From contig NW_025214878.1 of the NCBI RefSeq assembly GCF_004010195.1, positions 1 to 42,692 on the forward strand: DNA of 42,692 nt. Reading direction: 5' to 3'. Under the pieces are notes generated by a model, which saw nothing but the letters and a program-made list of their open reading frames with translations, searched no databases and had not been told where the DNA came from. The DNA comes from Chiloscyllium plagiosum (Eukaryota). The position numbers and the translations under genes are program-made. Below are positions 26,148 through 37,943 of the stretch, piece after piece. Position 1 is the first letter of the stretch. Every line of letters begins with the position of its first letter.

Positions 26148-26346
26148 TTAAAAATCACACAACACCAGTTTATAGTCCAACAGGTGTAATTGGAAGCACA
26201 CTAGCTGATGAAGGACTATCACCTGATGAAGGAGCGTCGCTGCGAAAGCTAGTGTGCTTCCAATGAAACCTGTTGGACTATAACCTGGTGTTGTGTGATT
26301 TTTAACTTTGTGCACCCCATTCCAACACCGGCATCTCCAAATCATT
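26148..26346 (+). mobile_element. Penelope-like fold-back element (inverted pseudo-LTR ends plus short tail) with a 10-bp TSD
   Basis: 59-nt inverted arms 26148-26206 and 26247-26305 with 3 mismatches; TSD ccttatctcg at 26138-26147 and 26347-26356; empty paralogous site near 20365-20380. Confidence 0.8.
26220..26254 (+). ncRNA. Minimal type I hammerhead ribozyme motif
   Basis: CAC-CUGAUGA-A-GGAGC-GUC-GCUGC-GAAA-GC-UA-GUG: core boxes, stem II with one mismatch, palindromic AGCU stem III, 3-bp stem I. Confidence 0.7.
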
Positions 26347-26379
26347 CCTTATCTCGGTAGTCTCCTCCTCCATTAACAG

Positions 26380-28950
26380 GAAATAGTGTCATGCAGCACG
26401 GAAACGGTTCCTTCGATCCAGCTCGTCCATGCTGAACAGCGTCCCTGAATGAGTCACGTTTCCCTACATTTGTCGCAAATCCAGTCAAACCTTCTCCTCT
26501 CTCTGTACCTGCCCAAATGTCTTTTACATTTTGTTGTTGTTGTTGTTGTTGTACATTTCTCTACCACTTCTCCCAGAAGCTCATTGCATACCTGCACCAT
26601 CCTCTGTGTGAAAAATCTTCTCCTCCGATCCTTTTTCAGTTTTTTTTTTTCGCCCATCTCACACTTATGCCTTCTCTAAGACAACATGGAAGCGCGGTAC
26701 AGGGCCTTTGGCTCTCGATGTTGCGCCAACCTGTGGACCCAATGTGAAGTCCATCTAACCTTCCCTATTCCAATCTCATCCATATGCCTGTCCAATGGCC
26801 GTTAAATGCCCTTAAAGTTGGCGAGTCTACTACTGTTGCAGGCAATGCATTCCATGGTTCTACTATTCTGAGTAAAGAACCTACCTCTGGCATCTATCCC
26901 ATATCTATTAATTAATATTAATTACTACCTTAATTTAAAGCTATCTCACTTCGTGCTAGGTATCGCCATCCGAGGAAAATGTCTCCCACTGTCTAACCTA
27001 TCTAACCCTCTGATTATCTTATATGCCTTAATCAATTGGCCTCAAATGTCATCTCTCGAACAAAAACAGATTCCCGCCAGACTTGGTAAAATCCTAGTAA
27101 ATCATCTCTGAACCCTTCCAAATCTTTCACATCCGTCCTCTAATACGGTGACCTGAGCCATAGGCAACACTCCAAATGTGGACGCACCAGTGTTTTGTAC
27201 GGCTGCAGCATTATCTCATGGTTCCGAAACGTAATGATTGTACCAATAAAACCTCATGCACCGAATGCCTTCTTAACAACCCTATCAATCTGCGTGGCAA
27301 CTTTCAAGGATCTATGTACATGGACAGAGAGATGTCTCTGTTCACCTACACTACCAAGAATCTTACCATATCCCAGTACTCTGTGTTTCTGTTACTTCTT
27401 CCAAAGTGAATCACCTCATACTCTCAGTCCAGTTCTGCAGCTTATCTATACTTCTCTATTACCTACAACATTCTTCGTCACTATCCACAACTCTACCGAC
27501 CTGAGTGTTATCCGCAAATTTGCTAACATATCCTTCAATGACCTCACCCAAGTCATTTATATTAATGACAAACAATAGTGGTTCCAAAACAGATCCCGGC
27601 AGTTCCAACTAGTAAGTGAACTCTAGCATGGGTATTTCCCTTCAACCACAACACTCTGTCTTCTTTCAGCGAGCCAATTATCCAATCCTCACTGCGAAAT
27701 CACCCTCAATCCCATGCGTTTGTATTGTTGGCAATAACCTACGGTGGGAACCTTAACAAACACCTTACTGTAATCCATATACACACCAACTGCTTTACCC
27801 TCATCCACTTCTTTGGTCACCATCTCAAATAACTCAATATGGTTTGTGAGGCATGTCCTACCCTTCAGAAAACTGTGCTGACTATCCCTAATCAATGTAT
27901 TTATCTCCTGCTGATTATAAATGCTAGCTTTTACAAGCCTTTCCAACACTTTACCCAGAATTGAAGTAAAGCTCACAGTTCTATAATTACCAGGGTTGTC
28001 TCTATTCCCCTTCTTGGACAAGGGGACAACATTTGCTGTCCTCCAGCCTTCTGGCACTATTTCTGTACACAATGATGTCTTAAAAGATCAAAGCCAAAGT
28101 CTTGGCAATCTCCTTCCTGGCTTTCCAGAGTCCAAGGATAAATCCCATCTGGCCCAGGGAACTGTTTTTTTTACACTTTCCAGAATTGCTAACACCTTCT
28201 CCTTCTGCAGTTCAATCCCATCTAGTTATGGACTCCACTACCCTGGGGTAAAGACGTTGGCTACTCAACTTACCTGTACCCTTCATGGTTTTCTAAACCT
28301 TTATAAGGTCATCCCTCAGCCCCTTACGCCCAATGGAAATGCGAAAGACAAAATTAAAAATATTTCTGCTCATGTCCCTGCCACTACTTTGTCACATTGT
28401 TCTGGGATCCGCTTGTTTAGGATCTAGCACTTTCTCTACCTTTGTGTTCTAAGATCTCTACTGTAATGGAGACTCTTTACAAGTCATCACTGTTTATTCC
28501 CTTTATTTCCTCGTCTTTGACCACAGTACGTTCTGACATAAAATGCTCATTTAGGGTCTCGCCCATCTCCTATGGTTCCACACATGGATGGACACATTAA
28601 TCCATATTCTACCCCTAGTTAATCTTCTGTTGTTAATATACTTGTAGACTGTCTTTGGATTTTCCTCAACCTGATCTGCCAACACGTTCTATGGTCCCCT
28701 TTGGTCCTTTCTGATTTCCCTCTTAAGTGAATTACTCCACCCGCAATGTTTACGACGCCTGCCCCCTTTTTCTTGACCAGAGCCTTAATAACCCCAGTCA
28801 CCCAGTGTTTCCTACTTGTGATCGGCATTGTCCTTCACACTAACAGGAATATGCTGGCCCTGAACTCTCATTTTATCTCCCTTTTGAATGCTTCCCACCT
28901 GCCTGACGTCCTTTACCTGTGAATACCCTCAACAATCAATTGTTAAAACC
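26380..28950 (-). mobile_element. CR1 fragments (3' ends, RT, tether); (GTT)n microsatellite at ~26531-26551
   Basis: WRTANVVPLSKKGNRDNPGNYRTVSFTS..DSQHSFLKGRTCLTN..VYMDYSKVF (27689-28072); FFTQRMVQVCNEL. Confidence 0.88.
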
Positions 28951-28954
28951 TCTT

Positions 28955-30221
28955 GACAGGAGGGAGATTTGCCAGTGTTATGCAGTGAGGATTTAAACTA
29001 GTTTGACAGGAGGTTTGGACTCTGAATAAGAGAGGTACCATCGACCAGTCAAGGGAAAAATGTATCAGCCAGCAAGAGCAAGTTTCCTATCCAGGATATT
29101 CTGGGGCACGGTCAAGGGAGGGAAAAGACTTCTGGTCTAAAGGGCATTCATTTCAAAGCACGAGGCCTGACTGGTAAGGCAGACAAGCTCAGATCATGGA
29201 TTGACTCTGGGGACTGGGATATTATAACCATAACAAAAACATGGCTGAGGGAAGGGCAGGACTGGCAGCTCAGTGTTCCACGATACAGAAGCTACAGGCG
29301 GGACAGAAGGACAAGTAAGTGAGGAGGGGGAGCTGCCCTTGTGATAAGGGAGGATATAACAACAGTAATTAGGATACTTTTTCGACGTGATCAAATGAGG
29401 TCATATGTTGAGAAGTTAGAAACAGAAAGGGGATGGTCAGTCTGCTGGGATGGTGTTCTCGACCCCAAATAGCCAGCGGGTACTACAGGGGCAGATGTGT
29501 AGAGAGATTGTAGGTACCTATAGAAATAGTAGGATCGTATTGGTTTGATATTTTAATTTCCCCTCGATTGACTTGGCCACCCAGAGTGTAAAAAGCCAGC
29601 ATGGAGTGGAATTTGTCAAATGTGTCCAAGAAATTTTCCTAAATCAATATGTAGAGGGCCCCACTCTACTCAGGTGGGTGCAACACTGGACCTCCCCTCG
29701 GAAAACGAGGTCTGGCAAGTGACTGAAATGTCAGTCGGAGAGCACTTTGGGTCCAGTGAACACAACTGTCTTAGTTTTAACATAGTTATGGAGAAAGATC
29801 AGACAGGTCCATAGATTAATGTCTTTAACTGGAGCAGGGACAGGTTTGGGGCCATGAGGCAGGATCGAGCAGAGTCGATTGGGTGAATTAAAAATCACAC
29901 AACACCAGGTTATAGTCCAACAGGTTTATTTCAAAGCACTAGCTTTCAAAGCGCAGGTGATCAGCCTAAAAGATAAAACTTCTACTAAATGTGTTTGTTA
30001 TTACATTCCATGACACTGCAATCCTGTTGCTACAAATTCTGTGCCTTATAATTGTGCTCCACAACCACCTGATGAAGCAGCGCTCTGAAACCTAGTGCCT
30101 TCAAATAAACCTGTTGGACTGTAAGCTGGTGTTGTGTGATTTTTAACTTTGCCAACCCCCGTCCAACATAGGCTCCTCCACATCATGCTCCGATCAACTG
30201 GGTGAGTCTGTTTGAAGGAAA
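28955..30221 (+). mobile_element. CR1 endonuclease region, interrupted by the second fold-back element
   Basis: tgggatattataaccataacaaaaacatggctg (WDII.IT.TWL); VGEHFGSSEHN..SFNIVMEKD. Confidence 0.82.
29888..30186 (+). mobile_element. Second Penelope-like fold-back element with a degenerate hammerhead (30066-30097)
   Basis: ttaaaaatcacacaacaccaggttatagtccaacagg and its reverse complement ending 30146; cac-ctgatga-agcagcgctct-gaaa-cctagtg; AATAAA downstream. Confidence 0.78.
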
Positions 30222-30522
30222 NNNNNNNNNNNNNNNNNNNNNNNNNNNNNNNNNNNNNNNNNNNNNNNNNNNNNNNNNNNNNNNNNNNNNNNNNNNNNNN
30301 NNNNNNNNNNNNNNNNNNNNNNNNNNNNNNNNNNNNNNNNNNNNNNNNNNNNNNNNNNNNNNNNNNNNNNNNNNNNNNNNNNNNNNNNNNNNNNNNNNNN
30401 NNNNNNNNNNNNNNNNNNNNNNNNNNNNNNNNNNNNNNNNNNNNNNNNNNNNNNNNNNNNNNNNNNNNNNNNNNNNNNNNNNNNNNNNNNNNNNNNNNNN
30501 NNNNNNNNNNNNNNNNNNNNNN
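30222..30522. other. Assembly gap
   Basis: Run of N. Confidence 1.
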
Positions 30523-30859
30523 CACCCACCCTATCAATGTAAGTTCCTCCTGTATTGCCATGCATTTACTCATCTCCATAACCTTCTCCAGCTCTTACAC
30601 CCCTATCTGTGGAAATGTCACCCTCCCCTACAACCCTTCCCACTTTGACCAAACTGGAGGAGGTTACACATGCTCTCTTATCTTTGAAACTGGCTCCAAC
30701 TAAAATTACTGTCCTTCTGGAAAATCTGTCAGACTCCACACCCTCCATGTCTAAATAATCTGCAGAAGTAAACCTTGCTATATCTATAAACATCTTCAGT
30801 CACGACTACTCTCCATCTCTGTTTGGTCCTCCAGTCTATACAACCCACTTTATCTCTGC

Positions 30860-32132
30860 AATCTGTTCCATTCACCACACTCTGGGGGGGGAAAAGCTTC
30901 TTGTTATCCACTCTGTCTGTACATCCCATGATTTTGTAGACCTCAATCAGGTCCCCAGTCAACCTTTGTCTTTCTCATGAAAACAACCCGAATCTATTCA
31001 AACTTTCTTCAAAGCTAGCCCCTTCCATACAAGACAACATCCCGGTGAACCTCCCCTGCACCCTCTCCAATGCATCCACACCCTTTTGTTAATGTGGTGA
31101 GCAGAAATGTGCGTAATATTCCAAATGTGGTCGAACCAAAGTCCAATACAACTGTAACATGACCTGCCAACTCTTTTACTCATTATCTCCTCCAGTGAAA
31201 GAAAGCATGTCGTATGCCGCATTGACCACTTTACTGATCTGCGTTGTCATCTTCAAGGAACAATGGACCAGAATATCCAGATCTCTCTGTATGTCAGATT
31301 TCCCCAGGACTTGGCCATTTAGTTTGCTCTTGAATTGGATCTTCTGAAATTTGCCCGGATTGAACTCCCCATCTACCATTTCTCTGCCCATCTCTTAAAT
31401 CTATACACTGCTGTATTCTCTAACAGTCCCCTTCACTGTCTGCTATTCCGCCAATCTAGTGTCATCTGCAAACTTGCTAATCAGGCAACTAATATCTTGC
31501 TCCAAATCATTTATGTACATCACAAACAACAGTGGACCCAGCCCGGATCCTCGTGGAACACCACAGGGCACAGGTCTGTATTTTGAGAAATTCATTTTAC
31601 TGTCATCCATGTGATATCCAAAAGTTAATTAAATATCCCTAATGTAACTGTGTCTCCCACCAACACTGTCAGTGCATTTCACATACCCACCACTGTCTGT
31701 GTAACGTACCTACCTCTGATATTTCCCATAAACCTTCCTCCAACTACCTTAAACTTATGCCCCAAGGTTATAGCCATTTTCACAATGGGAACATTCTCGG
31801 GCTATCCACTCTGTCTGCCTCTCATCATTTTGTACACCTCTATCAAGTCCAATCCAGAAATCATCCTGATGAATCTCTTATGCACCCTCTCCAAAGCTTC
31901 CACATCTTTCCTATAAATAACCAGAACATAACACAATATTCCAAGTGTGGACTCACCAGGGCTGTATGGAGCTGCAGCATAACCTCACAGGTCTTAAACT
32001 CCATCCCCCTGCTAATGAACGCCTTCTTACCACCCCTATCAACATGGCTGGCATCTTTGAAGGATCTATGGACGTGGACCCCATGAAACGTCTGTTGCTC
32101 CACACTACCAAGACTCCTGCCTTTAACCCAGT
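30860..32132 (-). mobile_element. Two CR1 RT/3' fragments
   Basis: GDLIEVYKIMG..DRVD; IQRDLDILVH.SLK; LHTALVSPHLEYCVMFW. Confidence 0.85.
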
Positions 32133-32383
32133 AGAGGTTTTCTGCAGAATCCTTCAATCTTTAACCCTCCCTGTTTTGGTACCTTGCTCCAGTCCCCACA
32201 AAACTCATAAACTGTGAAGCGTCTTCCGGTCTCTATAATCCTCCTTAGCTCTGTAACCTCCTTTATTGATGTGACCCCTCAAAACTACCAAAGCCAATTT
32301 TAGCCACTTCAATATTACTAACAACTGCAAAATCCTCCAGTCCTGATATTCCTCCTAACTCTGTAACCCTCACCATCCTCCAG

Positions 32384-32698
32384 TACCCTTCTGGGGAACA
32401 TTGCAGAGGAAGGAAGAGTTGTAGAGTCCGGGTCATGTTACGGAGGTAGGAAGGGCAGCAGAACCTGGAAGATGGTACAAATGTAGGAAGGGACGGGGAT
32501 CCTTCAGGAGGTTAGAGGTAGCGGGATTCATATAACCTGCAGGATGGGACCGAGACTGCGTTGTGGAACCTGAAGGATATTTTAGTCTGAATGACTCTTT
32601 TTTTTTTATTAGACTATTGGGCCGATCTTGATGACCTAATTTTGCTGATGTTTACCAGAATTGGCTGTGCACAGCTTCAGATTCCCAGGCTGGGAAAT
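32384..32698 (+). other. Putative non-coding exon A (copy 2), within the duplicated block 32133-32935 (paralog of 595-1385)
   Basis: cctccAG ending 32383, GTGAGT at 32699; colinear with 841-1154. Confidence 0.45.
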
Positions 32699-32939
32699 GT
32701 GAGTTCAGATGTGTATCTATTTGCCCATTCTGTCTGTGTGCCTGACACTGACCTGCTGCTGCTCTAATAGAAAGTATTCTATGTGTATCTGGTAACCTCC
32801 AGATCGACAGGACTGACCAGAGCTCACCTCATCAAAGTCTTCGTTTAAAATGTTCTTTTTTTTATTATTTTCAAGTGACAGTTTCATGAGATGCAGAATT
32901 GGGGTGATTCCATTTTAAGAAATTGAAACCTTTATCATT

Positions 32940-35295
32940 GGAGATTGGGAAGCCTTCAAAAATGAGATAACGGCTTTCCAGAGACAGTACATAGTATTCC
33001 TGTTAGGGTGGAAGGAAATGCTGGTGGGTGTAGGATATACTGGATGACGAGAGAATGAAGATTTTGGTTAAGAAAAAAAGGAAAAGTTTGTCACGTATAG
33101 ACAAGAGAAATCAAGTGAATTCTCAGAATATAAAGGCAGGAGGAGTATACTTAAGAGGGAAATCAGAAGGATAAAAAGGGGACATGAGATATCTTTGACA
33201 AATAGTGTTAAGGAGAATCCAAAGGGTTTTTATAAATACATAAACGACAAGAGGGCAACTAGGGAGAAAATAGGGCCCCTCAAAGATCAGCAAGGCAGCC
33301 TTTGTGTGCAGCCGGAGGAGATGGTGGCGATATTATACGAGTATTTTACATCAGTGTTTACTGTGGCGAAGGAAATGGAGGATGCAGAATGTGGGGAAGT
33401 AGATAGTGACGTCTTGAAAAGCTCCCATATTGAAGAGGAGGAGGTGCTGGATGTCTTGAAATGCATAAAAGCGCATAAATCCCCAGGATCTGATCAGATG
33501 TACCTTGGAATCTGTGGGCAGCTAGGGAAGTGATTGATGGGCCCTTTGCTGAGAAATTTGTGTCATTGATTATCACAGGTGAGGTGCTTGAAGACTGGAG
33601 ATTGGCTAACGTGGTGCCACCATTTAAGAAAGGTGGTAAGGGAAAGCTAGGGAACTACAGACCAGTGAGCCTGACATCAGTAGTGGGTAAATTGTTGAAA
33701 GGAATCCTGCGAGATAGGATTTACATGTATATAGAAAGACAAGGAATGACTGGGGATAGTCAGCAAGGCTTGTGGGAAATCATGTCTCAAAAAATTGATT
33801 GAGTTTTTTGAAGAAGAAACAAAAAGGATTGATGAGGCCAATCATTGGATGTGATTTCTATGGACTTCAGTGAGGTGCGTGAAATAGTTCCTCATGGGAG
33901 ATTGGTTAGCAAGGTTAGGTCTCATGGAATACAGGGAGAACTGGCTGTTTGGATACAGAACTGGCTCGAAGGTAGAAGACAGAGGGTGGTGGCAGAGGGT
34001 TGTGTTTGTGGGCAGCACGGTGGCACAGTGGTTAGCACTGCCGCCCCAGAGACCGGGTTCAATTCCCGCCTCAGGCGACTGACTGTGTGGAGTTTGCATG
34101 TTCTCCCCGTGTCTGCGTGGGCTTCCTCTGGGTGCTCCGGTTTCCTCCCAGAGCCTAAAGATGTGCAGGTCAGGTGAATTGGCCATGATAAATTTCCCGT
34201 AGTGCTAGGTAAGGGGTACATGTATGGGTGGATTGCGCTTCGGCGGGGCGGTGTGGACTTGTTGGGCCGAAGGGCCTGTTTCCACACTATAAGTAATCTA
34301 ATCACACTGGAGGACGATGGTGTGCCACAAAGATCGGTGCTGGTGTCACTATGTTTCGTCATTATATTAATGATTTTGACATGAACATAGGAGGTACAGT
34401 TAACAAGTTTGCAGATGACGCCATAATTTGTGATATAGTGGGTAGTGAAGAAGGTTACCTCAGATTACAACGGGATCTGGATCAGATGTGCAAATGGGCT
34501 GAGGAGTTTAATTTCGATAAATGTGAGGTGCTGCATTTTGGGAAAGCACATCTGAGCAGGACTTGTACGCTTAATGTGAAGGTCCCAGGGAATGTTGCTG
34601 AACAAAGAGACCTTGGAGTTCATAACTCCTTGAAAGTAGAGTCGCAGGTAAGCGGATAGTGAAGACGGTGTTTGGTACGCTTTCCTCTGTTGGTCATAGC
34701 ATTGATTATAGGAGATTGGGGGTCATATTACAGCTGTACAGCACACTGGTTAGAACACTTTTGGAATATTGCGTGCATTTTTGGTCGTTTTCCTATTGGA
34801 AGGATGTTGTGAAACTCGAAAGTGTTTAGAAAGGTTTTACAAGGATGTTGCCAGGGTTGGAGGATTTGAGCTATCGGGAGAGGCTGAAATGACTGGGACG
34901 GTTTTCCCTGGAGCGTCAGAGGCTAAGGGGTGTCATTCTTGAGGTTTTTGAAATCATGAGGGGCATGGATAGGATAAACAGACAAGGTCTTTTCCCTGGT
35001 GTGGTGGAGACCAGAGCTGGAGGGCATAGGTTTATGGTGAGAGATGAAAGATTTAAAAGGGACCTAAGGGGCAACCTTTTCACGCAGAGTGTGGTGTATG
35101 TATGGAATGTACTGCCAGAGGAAGTGGTGGAGGCTGGTACAACTGCAGCATTCAAAAGGCATCTGGATTGGTATATGAATAAAAAAGGGTTTAGTGGAAT
35201 ATGGGCCAAGATGGAACGAGATTACGATAGGATATCTGGGTGGCGTGGACGAATTGGACTGAATGGTCCATTTATGTGCTATACGTCTCTAGGAC
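32940..35295 (+). mobile_element. Best-preserved CR1 ORF2 copy (5'-truncated, with stops and frameshifts), interrupted by a SINE
   Basis: VKENPKGFYKYI, KSPGSD, GNYRPVSLTSVVGKLL, VPHGRL..WIQNWLEGRRQRV, NKFADD, FTQSVVYVWNVLPEEVV. Confidence 0.93.
34010..34303 (+). mobile_element. tRNA-derived HE1/V-SINE-type SINE
   Basis: A box tggcacagtgg, B box gggttcaattccc, V-domain gtgtggagtttgcatgttctccccgtgtctgcgtggg, tail gggccgaagggcctgtttccacact..(aatct)n. Confidence 0.9.
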
Positions 35296-35304
35296 TCTCT
35301 GGGT

Positions 35305-36310
35305 CTAAATGTTTTCCACTGTTCATTTACAGACTGACATTTCAGTCTGTTTCCCTGTTTACCTTGGACAGTTCTCTCTCAAAATCATGTAATTGGCTTT
35401 GTTACTGATGCTCGGATGTGCTTTATGGTAACTTTAAAGTGTCATAATCTCTTTGAATTCCGGTATAATTTCTTGGAGGATCTCGGTGTGATATTACTCA
35501 TTCACTCAGCTTCATCACCCAACGGTTGATCTGAGATAGTTACATCCCTAGCTATTTGCACAATGTGTTAATCAAAGAAACACTGACAAAAACATTCAAG
35601 GAGGATCTCGGATAATATCACTCTTGCCAATGTATCTGTCCCAGATTATACAAAGATTGAAGTCTCCAAACATTATCTCACCACCTTTGCTACAAATTCT
35701 AATGAATTCCTGTTTAATGCAGGGATGAGCAATTAAATACTGTAAGGCAGCATAAAAAAAACTGTTCTCCTGCTTGTGTTTTTGACACATAGCACCCAGA
35801 ATTTACATTCAGGCTGATTCAGCTGCATAATCTGAGGCCAAATGCTTTCTCTGTAATCCCTGTGTTATCCATTAGTGTCAGGGTTCCCATCTTGCTTTCC
35901 CATTTTCCCTGAGATCCTGTAAGGTTGTTCACTGTTGAATATTTATGTTCCACCTTTTGTTCAACCTGTAACCACGTCTGTCTGGTGACTAAGTCTCATT
36001 TTTCTGTGTCACAAGTCTATTACCAAATTGTAGATACTTTGCCCATTCAAAAAAAATTGATAATTTCCTCTTTCCCACAATGTCCTGTCACAAACTGATT
36101 CACTGACATACAGTTTTCGTTCAACTCTGTCCCTTCCTGTTCCTTTCTGCTTGTCTTCAGCCACATTCCCGAGCTGTTCCGAGGCTTCACATTTTCCCTT
36201 TGGATTTGGAAAGCTCCTTTCACCTGTACCCTGTCTCTGCACCTCCATGTCAGTTTAAAGCCCTGTCCATAAACCTACCGACAGGATAGGCCAGGACACT
36301 GCTCCCAGCA
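35305..36310 (-). mobile_element. Ancient CR1 endonuclease fragment (paralog of 17965-18970)
   Basis: IMFGDFNL in ORF 35596-35790; colinear with the 18-kb copy. Confidence 0.65.
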
Positions 36311-36925
36311 GTGTTGATTTTAAATCACTCGTGAGATATTGCTGTCTCTGGCTGGCCAGCATCGCATGCCCACTCTGACCAGCCTTAGAGCTGAGTGGCT
36401 TGCCAGACCATTACAGTGGGCATTTGAGAGTCAATCCCATTGCTCTGGGTCTGGATTCATATGTAGTCTAGACTGGCAGCCTATAACAGATTTCCTTACT
36501 TAAAGGGTATTAAGTAGTCAGATGGGTTTCCCTGCTACCGGCATTAAATTCTGGATGAACAGTCTAGTGAGAGTAACACGAGGCCATTGCCTGGCCCACT
36601 GATAGCTCGCTCATCCCCGAGTACTGATCCCAGTGCACCTTCTTCCTGACCGTGATTTGATCCTGATAACTTCTTGCACTCTGGTGATATCACACAGTCT
36701 CTCTCCATGTGATATGTGTCACTGGGAGGGTTTAATTGATGCCGGTGACTGCACCTTTTGCAGTTACTCCAGATCCTGAGCCAACAGAATTCTCCACTCC
36801 AGCACAGACCAGGGTTGGAGACTGGGATTTTCCAGGTCTCTGTGGGACTCGGTGCTATTGTCCATGTTTAACCATCACTGCATCAGTCTGATTTCCCATT
36901 CTGTTCATTTCTCTGTCTCCTGTAG

Positions 36926-37053
36926 GTACTCAGGTTGCTCCTGACTCAGCAGAATTCCCAATTCCTGTTTCGTCCACCACCACACTGAAGACAGTTGGTC
37001 AGCCAGAGAGATGGAGACTGAGATCTGGAGCCTTCAGTAAATCCTGGAGTGAG
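36926..37053 (+). other. Putative exon D (copy 3)
   Basis: Acceptor tttctctgtctcctgtAG ending 36925, donor GAG|GTAAGA at 37054. Confidence 0.55.
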
Positions 37054-37943
37054 GTAAGATCACACACAGTGAACAGAGCAGAGTGTATTTAATACATCGA
37101 ACTTTGGTCCAGAAGACATGACACAGATACAGTGTTGAAGCACGAACACAGAGCATGATGGTCCCAGGCTCAATTCCCCACCTTCTTGTTTACTTTCATC
37201 TCTGCTGTACTGAGCCTTCCTGTGTCAGTCCAGGAAGTTGACAGTTATCAATCCAGGCCTGTGCTGTCTTAGTGAGGATCAGTACAACAGGGGGGAAAGC
37301 AGGTCTCCTTCAAGGAGATAGCATTGAACCCTGGGATATTTCTGTTCTATATTCACACATTGTCTCTTGTCATGTGATAGAGTCATACAGGAAGGAAACA
37401 TGCCTTTCGGTCCAACTCATTTGTGCCAGTATCTGGAATACTTGTAATTCCCAGAAAATTTCCAGTTTCAATACCCTCCACCCCTCCCATATTCCGGCTG
37501 TATATTTGAAACCTACACCAATGCTGACGACTCTCCCTGTGTGTAAATTGCTCCAGTGTCGATAACATGCCCATTCTCACTAATCTCATCCTTCACTCAG
37601 TACAATAATTCCTATTTCTATTGTCTTGCACAATACTTACGTGCCCCCATCTCTGTACACTCCTCCAGCCTGGACCAAAATACCCTTCTGTGTATCTTCC
37701 TCAAGCCCCAAGAGAACATAATATAACTGTAACCTTCTGCAGGCCCTACAACACTCCTGCCTACTGGTCTCTCTCACCACATGACCTCAGTAACCTTCTC
37801 CCAACCTTACTGAGTTCCTTATCTGCATAGACACATCCAGACACTTTTCAAGCCACTACAGCACTCCATATCTCTGTTTGCTCCTCCATTCCCTATAGTC
37901 CTCCCAGCACCACAAACATTGTCTCTGTGTAATTCTGCAATTT

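Noticed and set aside
26517..26747. Poly-Cys, poly-Val or poly-Thr ORFs
   Set aside because: Translation of a (GTT)n microsatellite inside a CR1 remnant
34010..34080. tRNA genes (also at 13803 and 37944)
   Set aside because: A/B boxes continue into V-SINE bodies and LINE-like tails, so these are SINE heads
32940..35295. Active autonomous CR1
   Set aside because: 5'-truncated, with multiple stops and frameshifts and a SINE insertion
36877..36886. miR-217-like sequence actgcatcag
   Set aside because: Only 10 nt match, the rest of the mature sequence differs, and it is on the wrong hairpin arm
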